This document shows, piece by piece, positions 1-12,700 of a stretch of 64,000 bases of DNA (its first letter is position 1; the number at the start of each line of letters is the position of its first letter). The notes under the pieces were generated by a model, which saw only the letters and a program-made list of their open reading frames with translations, made no database searches and was not told the DNA's origin. The DNA is taken from contig NW_024704752.1 in NCBI RefSeq assembly GCF_018977255.1, forward strand, positions 9,734,001 to 9,798,000. Direction: 5' to 3'. Source of the DNA: Callorhinchus milii (Eukaryota). Made by a program: the position numbers and the translations under genes.

Positions 1-3000
1 CGGTCTCTGTGTCTGAGCTGGTGAGCTCTGTGTGTATCCCTGAGAAGATCGAGGAACTTCCTGCTGGGACCATGTGCTACATTGCAGGCTGGGGCTCAGT
101 CTATGAGGGTAAGGAGAGAGCACACAGGCTGATGCTGATCTGGAAAACAGGCTTTCTAATCAAAAGCTTCTAAAGAACAACTAGCTGTTAATTAACATTA
201 GAAGCTGACCTTTGCAATCTTACTAACTCTCCCAAAACATCAAGAATACTTTGGAAATATGACACAGACAATTTCTGTGCCTCTTGAAACATCAGTCAAT
301 GTAGCAAATAGTGTTGAACTGGTGCCATCATAGTCTAATAGAATCATAAAGTATCTAGCGTTCAAAGAGTTAATTCTTGTTGCTTGAAAGTATCCTAAAA
401 TTCAACATACAAATCATTTCTAAACAAACCTTGTCTGACGGCTAACAGGTAGACAATCATTTGAAAAATTAATCATGAAGCTGAACTGAGAACAGCGCCA
501 TTATACACTTCATTTGTCTAGACATGGTGTTAGTACACCCGAGGTGTTCATTATGTGACTTGCATATAGCTGCTTAATGTTACTGGCAACAGAGCAAAGT
601 AGTAAAGGTCAACACAGGTCACTGGAGTGGATAGCCATAGACAAAGAAAGGATGTGCTCACGAGAGAAAGTTCTTTTAACAATAATTGACTTCCTATGAA
701 CGGACCCTTTTTTAATGGTCCACCTTACACTGAGCCACAAATGTATTCTTGGTGTATTTTGGGAGTCTATCTGTTTAAAGAAAGAAAATACAGACTGTGT
801 TTATTTGAAGAAAAAAATGTGAATTTGCAGATTCTTTTGTGAGCTCCAGTACTAGTTCAGTGTCAAAGTAAACTATGGGCACTGTCTTCAGATCAGTAAC
901 CCACACAAATAAGACATGATGTACGATGTATACTCCAAGATGCTACCTCACGTGAAATACTATATAAATGTAAGCTGTTGTTGAATGCTGCTGTAAATTG
1001 AGGTATATCGCAGTAATAATGTAAAGGGTAGTGCAGACGTTTGTGTTGAAACGTATTCCATACATGTATACCATGTATACCATTATTCACACATTGAGCG
1101 ACACACAATTAATAAGTAAAGCTGGTGGATGATGCACCTTATGATGTGAGGAATCAGTAATTAGGCAGCAGAGCGGGAGCAGAATGAAATGACTGTCAGT
1201 GGGCGGTGGCTCCGAGGGCAGTGTTTGGTTGTTGGAAGTTCCCAATGATCACTGATGCATTGCTTATTCCTGGTTGTCTTTTGTTCCTGGGCACAGACGG
1301 GCCCTCTGCAGATATACTGATGGAGGCAAAGGTGCCCCTGCTGGCTCAGAGCACGTGCAAAACTGCGTTGGGGAAGGAGCTCATCACCAGCCAGATGTTC
1401 TGTGCCGGCTACCTGACCGGGAAGGTTGACTCCTGCCAGGTGAGATATCAATAGGACCATTTAGAAAAAGGCAGCTGGTGGTGCAGCGAATATCACTGGA
1501 TTAGTGAACTAGCCAACATTGCAGGAACTGACTGAGTGCATGGAGCTGAGTGTGTAGAGACTCACACTCAATGTACGGATGCACTGCTTAATTCAGAGCT
1601 GACCTGGAAAGTCTCAGGTTTGAAGCATGCTCTGAGTTATCTGATCTCAGCCAGGCAACAATTAAGGGTACTTTGACTCATGCCCTGGTTTAGGGAAAGA
1701 AAACATTATCCAAGGTTCCCCATTCCTGATCACAATCTAATAACCCAGTGGGAGAGTGTGAACGTGCAGGGACACTGGGTGAGGAACAGTGACACCTCTT
1801 TATGACTGAAGAGCATACCATTGCTTATAGTCTGGAGAAAGGCTCCTTGGGCAGTTATTGGAAGGTTTCTGGTTCCTGGCAGCCCTGGAACCAAAACCTC
1901 AGCACGAAAGGCTACTCTTGTTCTGAGGCTGAGTTCAGATGGGTTACAGGGAATTCAGTGAAGGAGAGAAAAACAAATCAAATCTAATTCAGGACAAACT
2001 CACTCCTGTTTTCCAGCTCTATCTGAGGCCCCAGTCAAGGTGAAGGTAACATTAACAACTAGGATTCACTTGACATGAATTTGTTACTGATATGGTATTG
2101 AGTAAGTTGGAGTAGAGTGAGATTGATCTTACAATGGCTTTTTGACTGAGATTTCTGGTTCAGGGATATACAGAGTACAGAGTGTAACCGTGTGCTTCAT
2201 TCTCCTGTCACAGGGGGATTCAGGAGGTCCGCTGACCTGTGTGGACCCCACATCTAAGCAGTATTACCTGTATGGCATCACTTCCTGGGGAGATGGCTGT
2301 GGGCAGCGGAACAAGCCAGGAGTTTACACCCGAGTGCCAAGCTTTACAACCTGGATCAACGAGGAGTTAAAAAGTAATTAACAGCCATATTAAACACCCA
2401 AAGCAAATACAGTGGCACAATGCCTCCAGTGTGCAGGGCCCTATAGAGTGATGTCATTGAGCATAAGGACAACAGTGACCATGTACAGTTCAGTGATAGA
2501 ACAATGACATAGTAGTTTTTTCAGTATCACCATCTAAGACGAAACTTGATGCATCCATGAGGAAGAAGGGAATGGAGGGGTATAAGAGGGGAATGAATGT
2601 AGGGGAGAGGGCTTATATGGAGTATAAAGCCTGCATGGACTATTTGTTGCCAATCCCCTGTTTCTGTGACATATCATTCTATGTAACCTATGTAACTTAT
2701 CTGAACGTAGCCTCAGTACAAGGTTAGTCAACCCCGTTCACCACCCTTAGACATTTCTGTTCTATAACACAGTTCATATAACTTTACATTCAATTCAGTT
2801 CAAGCACCAAAACCAGTTGGCCAAACTTCTGCTTTTAGATCCTGATCCTGCCTTCACCTTAGAAATGCTGGCATGTCCACTAAACAACAACAACACCAAA
2901 TCACATTTGTGATGCTTTTCACATCAGGAGGACGTCCCAAGGCTCTGGACAGTCAAGGATTAAATGCTGCTGGAGACCACTAGAGGGCAAGAGATTTCAG

Positions 3001-6000
3001 TTTCTAAACTCGGTGATAGCGCCCTCAACCACCGTGAGCAATCCCTGTCCATCTGTTACTGGTGAAATGTACTGGCCTTTTGTCAACAGTACAATAGAGT
3101 ACTACTGACCTGCCCGGCTCAGGAACCAGATTACTGAAACCACCTCAGAATATCGACTCAATTACGTCGCCGTGGAGCCAGCCCCAAAGACACCCGACAA
3201 AAAACTGACACTCCCCGAAGGACAGCTTTCGGATACAGACCACAAAAGGAACGTGACCTGCCTGTAGGCTGAACGTGGATCAGTATCATGGAACAAGACC
3301 ACCCTCCTGGTCCAGAAGCTGCAGTAGCTTCTCAAATCTGTTGCACATGTGCATGTGTGTGCACACGGTGTGTTTGCCTGCATACCTACCTCTATGTGGT
3401 GGTGGATTAATTCACTGACCTGAGCAAAATGATTTCTCCGCAGAATCGCTTGGGAGCCGAGAGCCCACCTGCTATGATTTTCAGAAGCTGTTGGAGGTGC
3501 AGGAGGCGCAACGACAGTCAGAGGTTACTCGCCTCTGCGCTTTCTACTCCAAAGTGTGCCCCCCATCTCTGGGGTCAGCAGCCTGTAACCAGAGCGCACA
3601 GCAGAAGTGTCAGATGAAAATGAAAACCTGCGGTAAGCACTGCCCTCACCTGAGCATGTTTAAATGGGCAGAGTCCTCGAGTCAGACAGTGAACCTCCAA
3701 ATAGAGTGTTCGAGGGGGGGAGGGGGCTCGGTGTGTGTCTCTGAGTCTGTCAGAAATTCACTGCAGATGAGGAGGGCAAGAGCAGAGACAGTGGATCCCT
3801 GCAACCAATTCCCACTATGTCTAGCCATGCTTTCCCAGAAAGAGCAATCAAGTAGCCCAGGTGAATACCAGTAAACAGTGAATATAATTAGCTGACTTAT
3901 GGGTAAAAGCAGTAACCAGAGTACGAGCAGTATGCAGAGTACTGGGGAGGTGCCCATCTCAAGCTGTGATTTCCCGTCACTAAATGATGATCTCTCCTCC
4001 TTGTAGAGGTCAGGACGTTCCTGCAGAACCTGCTGGAGCTGTTGGGGCAGGTGCAGGACTTTCTGCGAAGCGAGGGCAACTTCTCGTTCTTCACCGACAC
4101 GATCCCCAAATTCATGGAGGATATCTACAGCAACATCTTTACATCACTGGAGCAGCAGCCGTCGCAGAGTGAGGCAGGTACGCTGAGCAGTCACCGGCTC
4201 GGGTGCACTCTCTGCTGTATGATATTGACTGTACCTGCTGAAAATATCACAACTCAATGACCATCCTGAATACAGTGAATGAGAGCTGATCAATCCAGTA
4301 GGCCCACACCAAGGCTGTCATAGTTCCATTGCTCAAAAAGTATCATTGTAGTGCTCCAGGAAGCCCCCCCAACCCCCTCCACACACATAGATTAACACTT
4401 GGATTTTCTCTGGAAACTCTGCTGATGTAGTGTTTAAAACAGACTATGTTTTGGGTTTGTACCACCCACATTAGGAAAATGTGGTCTTTATAATAAAGTA
4501 AGGAGGGAAGTGACGGTGAAGAAAAGAACCTCTGATCTGGCAACTCAGCTCTTTGTCAAGTCCAGGAAATGTAATGAATTCCAGATGAGCAATGAGGTCT
4601 CAGTTGCTCTCCCCACAGGAATACATCAGGATAATTGCTTCACTTGGTGGTGGTGCTCACTACCAGTGCAAATGTGATTGACTAGTTTGCGATTGAAAGG
4701 ATGATGGATTTTTGTTTGTCAGCATGCGGAAACCCATCACCATGCTTAAGAGTTTCCAAACCAATCTGAGAATTGCCTGATAGTGAGTTGAAAGTATCCT
4801 GAATTACTCATCTATTGAGTACTGCAGCTAAACCTCCGATGCACTCAAATAAGGGACAGATTGTGGTTGGCAGATTAGAGGCAATGCCAGAGCAGACAAA
4901 CTGGTAATATCTAAAATGATGGCTTCCAGCTTCATTAACTAATTCATGTATTCTTTCTAAACATTAAAAGAACAGATACATTCAGCTGGGCTAAAAGAGG
5001 AAAGACACAGACGGTCTCTGAGGCCAGACACTGGGTCAGACACGCAACAGGAAGTCAGCAACAGGTGAGTGCGTCTTTCAGCAAATCACATTCTACTTGC
5101 AGTTGGAGACTGTCAATCAATAACTCAACAATGTTCATTCAAAAGGCAAGTACACCCAGAGTTGAGATCAGGCCAGTAAGCGACCATCAGACACTTCAAA
5201 CCAGACACGACCAGGGTCAGCCAGACAGAGCACTTGCTCTTCGAACCAGTCTCTGTCGGAGTCAGGGTCAAGCTCATCAGCGACACTTAGATTCCTAAAG
5301 TTTGAGCACTGACAGAGTAAATACAGAAAGACTATATCCACTGATTCATGAGTCAGTAACAATAGGTCATGTTGTTATTACACAGAGGTTTATGGAATGT
5401 GGAATGCTTTACCGCAAGACCTGAGTCAATAACAGTATTTAAAAGGGAACTGAATAAACACGAAGAAAAATCTTAAAGCAATATTATTAGGGGAGAAAGA
5501 AGAGAAATGGAATTAGAGTAGATAACTCCAGTGAGGGAGCTAGCACCCACACGAACATATAGACCAAATGGCCTTTTCTTGTATTGTAAGCATTCTATGA
5601 GTCTACACCACATTCAGATCCCTTCACCAACACGCACCAATGTTTCCATGTGATGAAACGTTTTTTATATGCAAGTACTGAAAGTTCCCAGTTTTCCACA
5701 TGCTTGCTCTTGGGTTTCAGTGTGTTATGTTCACGAGCTCTGTGTTTACTAACTCTCCATGCAGTTCACTTATTCGGGCTCCTCTCTTTTCAAGAACTGT
5801 AGAAATGGGAACAGCAGAGGTTCGGTCACTGTTTGAAGAGATTGGACCAGGTTTGGATGATTGGGTCCATTACTTCAGTGGAATCACTGAATGGATGGAG
5901 TCCGGTGCTGGAAACGTGGAGCAAAAGGACGCAATCAGCAAAGAGAAACAGCTCTTTATACAGGTACAGCAATTGACAATGTAATAAACATAATCCTTGT

Positions 6001-7347
6001 ATTTGATACAGAGTCTATAACATTGAAACATCTCAAAGTACTTCAAGAGTAATTCCTTTCAAGTGTAGTGACAGTATGTTTGTAATCAAACAATTGGTAC
6101 ATAGAAAGGTAGCCATAAAATAAATGACTAAAGTATCTGGAGGATTGTTGGCGAGGGAGAAACTCTTTTCAAATAGTGTTGCAGGAACTTTTAAAATCCA
6201 GCCGTCTTGGTTTAATATCTCATCTGAAGGATGGTACATTATTCCGACAGTTGGACAATGAATACAAGTCCTAACATGGGACTTGAGCACATAATCTTCT
6301 GACTACAGGTGAAGGTGCTACCAACTGAACCTGATGGAGTTGATCACACTCTGATGAATGCATCAGAATCACACTCACTCAGCTTCGAATTCGTTATAGC
6401 GCCTGGTGTGTGCACTTGTAAATTAATTCCCAATTTTAAACCACAATATTTTCCATGCAGAGTTCCAAAGCACAGGTGGAAACCCTGAAAGAACAACTTC
6501 AATCTCTGATAAGAAGTCTGAGGTCCCAGCCTGAGATGGGTGATCTGCTAAACCACACACAGATTCTGGACGGAGCTAAGCTATTGACATCACTGAAGCA
6601 CAATGGTACGCTGTAAAATATTTCACACATGTTTTCTGTCAGATTGGTTTGTTTGAAATGAACTGAAAATCTTGACGTATTATTAACAGGATTGAATATC
6701 TCAATGCATGAATCAAAGGTGAAGAAACGAGATGTTTCGAAGGTGCTAGCTGAGTCAGAAACCCATCTACAAACCACTGGTGAGTTACAAATGTATAAGT
6801 GGAAGGACAATGGAGTGCTTAACAGCGTTGTAGTACAACTGGTGATGGGGAAGTGTAAGTGGGAAGGAAAAGTTACTGATGTGTGTAAGTGCTGAAATCT
6901 TGCTCTCTCTCTATTTGCAGACCCAGGGTGTCTGAGCGTGAACGAATCACTATTGAATCTCTCTATATTGATGGATAGCTATAAGTGGATTCTGAACATC
7001 CCAGTGGAGGAGCTGTCGATGAAATTTCAGGAGGTACGTGCAGAGTATTTCATGGTGTGAGTGATGGTACCTCATGATAATGAAAAATTCTATTCACATT
7101 TACATAGAACATGTTCCTTTGTGCTTTGATTCACATACTGGTGTTTATTGGTTATATTTCTGATCTTCTCTAGGTACTGGTGGACATGACTTCCAAAAAC
7201 GAGAAGGAACTGTACAGGGCACGAGTAAAAGCCCTGGTTGCAGGACGTTCCATCAGCTTTAATTGCCTGATGGGAGTGCAGAATGATTCCTTCTCCAGGA
7301 GCATGGCACGGGTCATCGCTTTGGCCCTGGACTCTTTAAAGACATAG
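1..7347 (+). CDS. PRSS56: Serine protease 56, 3' part (5' exons lie upstream of the window)
   Basis: Phase-consistent exons <1-108, 1297-1439, 2214-2373, 3444-3632, 4007-4177, 4971-5064, 5765-5963, 6461-6605, 6690-6779, 6921-7033, 7174-7347 (TAG). Trypsin motifs CYIAGWG, DSCQ|[16 protein letters not shown]. The tail resembles PRSS56 (REPTC...[11 protein letters not shown]; [16 protein letters not shown]|VLVDMTSK). It lies next to CHRND, as in tetrapods. Confidence 0.92.
2977..2990 (+). promoter_or_regulatory. CTCF-like core motif in a PRSS56 intron
   Basis: CCACTAGAGGGCAA matches the CTCF core CCASYAGRKGGC; motif match only. Confidence 0.4.
5380..5605 (+). mobile_element. CR1-like LINE 3' fragment
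   Basis: Contains ...tggaatgctttaccgc...atttaaaagggaactg...gaccaaatggccttttcttgtattgtaagcattctatgagtcta, typical of a fish/shark CR1 3' end. Confidence 0.5.
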
Positions 7348-8799
7348 TGGGAGCCAGAGGATTCCTTACTTGGGAATGATATTACTTCTCGAAAAGATTA
7401 GAACATCTGGGCAGGACTTTTAAATTGGTTGGGGTCTGGCTTGAGTTCTCCAGAACTCTAATCTGTGAGCAGTCAGAAAACGTATTGGAAGACACGTGTG
7501 GAGTGTTTGGCAATGAAATGGCAATTGGGGATGAAAGGAGCTCCATGCGTGGAACTCTGCCTGGGGGGAAATATGTGTGTCTATACTTGCTTTATTTGAG
7601 GATTGAATTGTTTGACAGCTCGTATTTGGCCATTGCCGATGGGTTAGAGTCAACATTGTTTGCCAGATCCATACATAGGCAGGATTCGAGTGAGGTGGAG
7701 TGACCTTATGTGGAGAACTCTGACCTTTGCTTTTCTGCTGATTTAAAATGAAGCAGAATTTTAAAAAAAAAACAGCTTGTGCATCTTACAGCAGAAGTAA
7801 ACGGGGGGCAAAAAAGGACTTATTATAAAACTAGACTGTTGGTGTCCAGGGTTACATCTTAGATATTTCTGGACCATTTGTTATAAAAAGCGTCTGGTCA
7901 AAAATGGGATGATAGTGTCCATCTCTGGTTTAGTGGAAGTGTTAAGTGGTCTATCACAGGCTGAGCACTGAAAGCAGCAATTGTTTCCTTATGTAAAATG
8001 CTTAATCCCATTATAAAGATCTCATGGCAGAAAATCAATGGTTTTAGAGCAGATTACAAAACAATAATGATTGAATTCTTGCCCTTTGCAAGAGATAATC
8101 TCTTTGGGTTAAATAGTTCTGTCATACAAGGGGAGTAAAGCATGCTCACAGCTAGATATTTTCGAATACCCACACATCCTTGATAGCTGAGGACATACAC
8201 ATCTGCCAAATGCTCGACTATCCCTGAAATCCAGCATCAAACCTGCAAAGAACATTGACTGAGTCTTTTTAGTGCCTTCCTGCATATGTGGCTCTTGACT
8301 TCTACAATCCCCTGTGCTGTAAATATGTAAATTCTGCATCCAGCAAATGATAATTATGTCACAGAAACAAGCAGGTTTCATTGAGATTTTGGGACATTGA
8401 GTGTCCGAAACATTGAGTGTTCGACCCAATTGTGTGTTAAACAATCCAGCAACTAGGAGGTTTGAGCCAAAGCTGCCATTTAAACTATCAGATTGGGCAA
8501 TTCTGTCCTGGTGGAGTGAAACCACTTGTCTCTTCTGTAACTTGATGAACTCCCTGATGGTTGTACTCAAAGGGCGTGGCTAATGTAATTTCAATCAGCA
8601 AACTGGATTTCTAACCTGGGACCTTGCATAACATTTCTGCTTTTTGTAAAACTACATGTACATACGGTGAAGGACGCAGTGACTGAGACTAAGGGACTGT
8701 ACTGCTGTTACCATTGTTGTCGACAGGAAGACTTTATTTATTATTTGTACTTTTTTATATAATTCTTTTATTTTGTGCTGAAAAGCATTGATCGCCTGA

Positions 8800-8805
8800 A
8801 ATAAA
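8800..8805 (+). terminator. Candidate PRSS56 polyadenylation signal
   Basis: AATAAA about 1.45 kb after the stop, preceded by an AU-rich tract (tttatttattattt ~8733) and followed by T-rich sequence. Confidence 0.5.
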
Positions 8806-8950
8806 GATACTGGAAAAGCACATTTCTTTTAGATGTAATTATGTTCCTAGGCTTTGACCGCCTCTACTGAACTTCCCAGCTCGACCCTATGATATAATCC
8901 AACGTTCTGAGATGCTATCCTGTGTGAAGATGCCAATTGTGTTGCAAATT

Positions 8951-9241
8951 AATAATAATAATAATAATAATAATCCTTGCATTTGATATAGCGCTTTTCA
9001 CGTCAGGAGGACGTCCCAAAGCGCTTCACAGAACACACTGTAAAGTGAATTGACTGTATATTTGTGGGCGAACGCGGCAGCCAATTGCGCACAGCAATGT
9101 CCCACAAACAGTCGTAGATTGAAAATGACCAATTTAATTATTGTTTTTGGTTTTTTGGAGGGATTATTATTAGGCGTGTGGAGTAAGGAAACTTGCCCAA
9201 GGTTTCGCCCTGCCTGGAATTGAACTCAGGTCTCTCACTTG
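8951..9241 (-). mobile_element. tRNA-derived Deu-domain SINE, 5'-truncated
   Basis: (TAA)n tail followed by ccttgcatttgatatagcgcttttcacgtc...gcggcagccaattgcgcacagcaatgtcccacaaac; near-identical to the copies at 17688, 33268, 39378 and 54329. Confidence 0.9.
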
Positions 9242-9602
9242 TTTTGGTATGCACTGGAGAGAGGGTTTAGCCTCCTGTAGAAACAACAGATTAAATTATA
9301 TGTAACTGACACGGCCTCAAAGAACTAGAAACATGTATGGGCGTGCTTTATCCATGGCCTGTCCTGGCTCCTTCGCTCAGACCCCCATCCTCTATGATAT
9401 CTTTGTTTCTCTAATTGTGAGACTCCCACTAAATTCTCCAATATTATTCCAAATCAGTTCTTTTGTGGAGGAGGGAGGGGACAACTTGCCGAGCAGGAGA
9501 GGGGGTGACGCTGCATGGGTGGGAGGGGGTACTGTGGTGTGTGGGAGAGGGGAATCGATTGGATACCAGAGATTTCAGTGGAAATCCTTTACATGGAGAG
9601 GG

Positions 9603-9640
9603 CAGCTGTTTGTGTCGGTTTCATGTGTGGATCAGGTTTC
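9603..9640 (+). promoter_or_regulatory. Muscle-type proximal promoter of CHRND (E-box and MEF3)
   Basis: CAGCTG at 9603-9608 and TCAGGTTTC (Six/MEF3 consensus) at 9632-9640, about 85-120 nt upstream of the ATG at 9725. Confidence 0.55.
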
Positions 9641-9724
9641 AGTCTGTCCCTGCCCTTCAACAAACGCTGTTAAAAGCTGCCAGACTGACCAGGCTTCCAT
9701 TGCTGTGTTACACTGACGCTCCGA

Positions 9725-12700
9725 ATGCGGAAACTCGCCATCTCCATCCTGCTCATTGCAGGTCTCTCTCGCACAGGTAAGCTCTGCTGTTTTACTGCCT
9801 GTAACCATTAAGTTGGAAGAGAAACCCTGTCTAGATCTAAACTACCAGCAATACATCCCTGGACCTGTTCCTTAATAGAGTTATTCGGAAACTTGTCTCA
9901 ATCCCAGGAGATGAAGTTTATATTGCGACTGATAGAGCTGGCAGGGCACAGACAGACAGGTAAGTAAGGATAACCATGTTCAGAGGAAGGCTGAACCTGA
10001 ATCAGATCAGGCATTCCCTGTACACGTGCCGCTTGTAACAGGTTTTCTTTCAGTTTCAAGATTTTAACTGTATTACTCACAGGTTTAACCTGCTCCAGAC
10101 TTGAGGGTTAGTGCCACTAAGAGCTCAGTACCAGTTCCCAGCACTGCAGCGCTCCATTAGCAGCTGATTGACAATTCCTAGGAATGCTGTGCATGAATGA
10201 GGAAAAGACAGAGGCAGAGAGAAGATTGACAGATTCTGTGTGACGCTGCCTCAGGGCACACAGCGAATGCTTAATACTGTATTTAGTAGCCACAAAAGGA
10301 TTTCAAACCCAAACACTTTAAACCTAAAGTCACAGCAACGATCGATTGTAATGTGCAAAATAGAACAATGGGTTTTAGATGTAAAGATTGAGACAATGTG
10401 AGTCTGTCGGGGTGGAGCTGAGGACACTGTGGGGCTGTGAGTGGGTGAGGGCAGGGCCATAATATTAATAATAATAATCCTTACATTTGATATAGTGCCT
10501 TATCACGTTGTTGAGACATCTCAAAATGCTTCCCAGAATATACTGTAAAGTGAAATGACTATATTTTGCCGGCAAATCGCAGCAGCCAATTGCACATAGC
10601 AGTGTCCCACAAACAGTTGTGGATTGAGTGACCAAATTATTATTATTTTTAGGCGGGAATTATTATCTTGTGGGGGTGTCAGGGGATGGGGGCTGGGGAC
10701 AGTGTGGGGCTGTCAGGTACCCAACAGAAGATGGGTATTGGGATGAAATTCCATCAGTTCAGTCTCTGACATACCAGGGACCTGCAGGACTCACCAGGAA
10801 TCACTTTGTGACTCTCACAAATGAGACCCTATTGTTGCTTTAGTTTACAGGCCTTGAAGAGAGTTCAAATATAGAAGGCTTAGTGAAGCAGCTGGTGTTT
10901 CCATATCTAGCGCTTGGGAATGCCAGAATACTCGGTTCTAAGGAATCCACAGTGACACAAGAGTAGCTGCTGTGGTGACACTGTGCTGAGGGGTTGGCAG
11001 GCCAGGATTGATGAGCGTCCTCCTGATGTGAAAGGTGCTATACAAATGTAATTGGTTGTTGTTGTCTCTTGACTCTTCTTCCTGAATTTATCAAGTAGCC
11101 ATTCTTCGTTTGTGAGCTTGGATAGATTACAAGAATGGTTTGGGTGAAGAAGGCCCTTCGGTCCATCTGATCTTATCTCTCCAGTGAGTGCTAATAGTCC
11201 ATTTGTAGTGAATATCGCGGTCAAACTCAATTCTGCCGTCACCCTTTGTTCACACGCTCACTTTAGAGCAGGCGTTGGGTAGCAGTTAGCAGTTACAAAC
11301 CTGGCTGATTTCCCCCCCACCCGAGGGAGCAGCAATTTTTAGTTGCACCTGCTGTTCAGGTTCATATCAGCTAACTCAGCATAGACTACAGATTCAACCT
11401 GGAGACTTCTGTCGGATATGATCAGTGCTGCACCGGTCATTCCTTTACCCACTAAGCCGTTGAGGAAGCTGCAAGAGATGACTTACAGGGAATGAGGACA
11501 ATGTACTTTTCAGGAGATATTATATTCCTAGAGACATTTTCGCAGAATAAAAATAACTACCTCATAATATCAATAAATAAACTGCACTAAAGTCAATTTC
11601 TGCATCCTTGCAGGCGAGGATAATTTGTTATAAATAAATAACGGTTTACATGCCAGAATTTTTACTTGTGCAAATGGAAATTATTAAACAGGATATGGGA
11701 ACTGAGTTCATCGCTCTCGTGCGTGTGACCCGAATCCTATACTGTCACTTGATCCTCTGATTCCTCAGAGTATCTCCGTCTTCCAGGACAAACTGAGCAG
11801 TAAGTTATGAGCTGCAGCTCAGTACATTCTGTTCTAGATTTCAACCAAACTGCCTGACAACCATAGGCTTTTCCTCCGCCTTAATCACAGTCTACCCACC
11901 CTATTGTCTGTCTCCCCTTACTGGTCTCGGACTCCCTGTCTTAGCATCCATCTCCTTACGCCAGCCTCCACCCACAAAATATGCAGTCAATTCACTTTAC
12001 AGTATATTCATGATGCACTTTGAGATGTGTCGAAGACGTGATGAGGCATTATATCAAATGCAAGAATAATTATTATTAATATCTCCTTGTTTCATGTATT
12101 CGGTGATTTGCTGATACTGTCCTTTTTGTTTGGTTTGTCCCCAGAATGTTCCAGCCAGAATCAGGAGGAGAAGCTGATTAACGATCTTTTTAATGTAAAA
12201 AATTACAACAAAGAAATCCGCCCAGTCCAACACAAAAAGGAAGTGGTCAATGTATCGCTGAGCTTAACCCTCTCCAATCTCATCTCACTGGTAAGTTAAT
12301 GTCAGAGATGTTGGACCTCAGCCAAATATCAGTAGATCCTGCCATTAATAAACTAAAAGACATACCCATTTTACGAGTTGTTGCCTGTAACAATATCAAA
12401 ACATTATTGAATCTCTTTTTTGATGTATTTGATTCCACACAGTTATCATTATTGATCAGAGAGGGAGCTTATGGACACGCAACATTCAGGTCATTCAGGA
12501 AGTGCTTTTGACTACTAAACCAAGTGGCAAGACTCCATAGATGAGGCCAGGAGTTTAAAGACGGTGGACCCTGAGTCATAGATGTCTTCCATATGTCTAC
12601 GTGGACTTGCACTAAAATATAAGCTCTTACTCAATTCTCTGTTTTCAATTAATTCTAGAAAGAAGTTGATGAAACTTTGCTTACAAACGTGTGGATTGAA

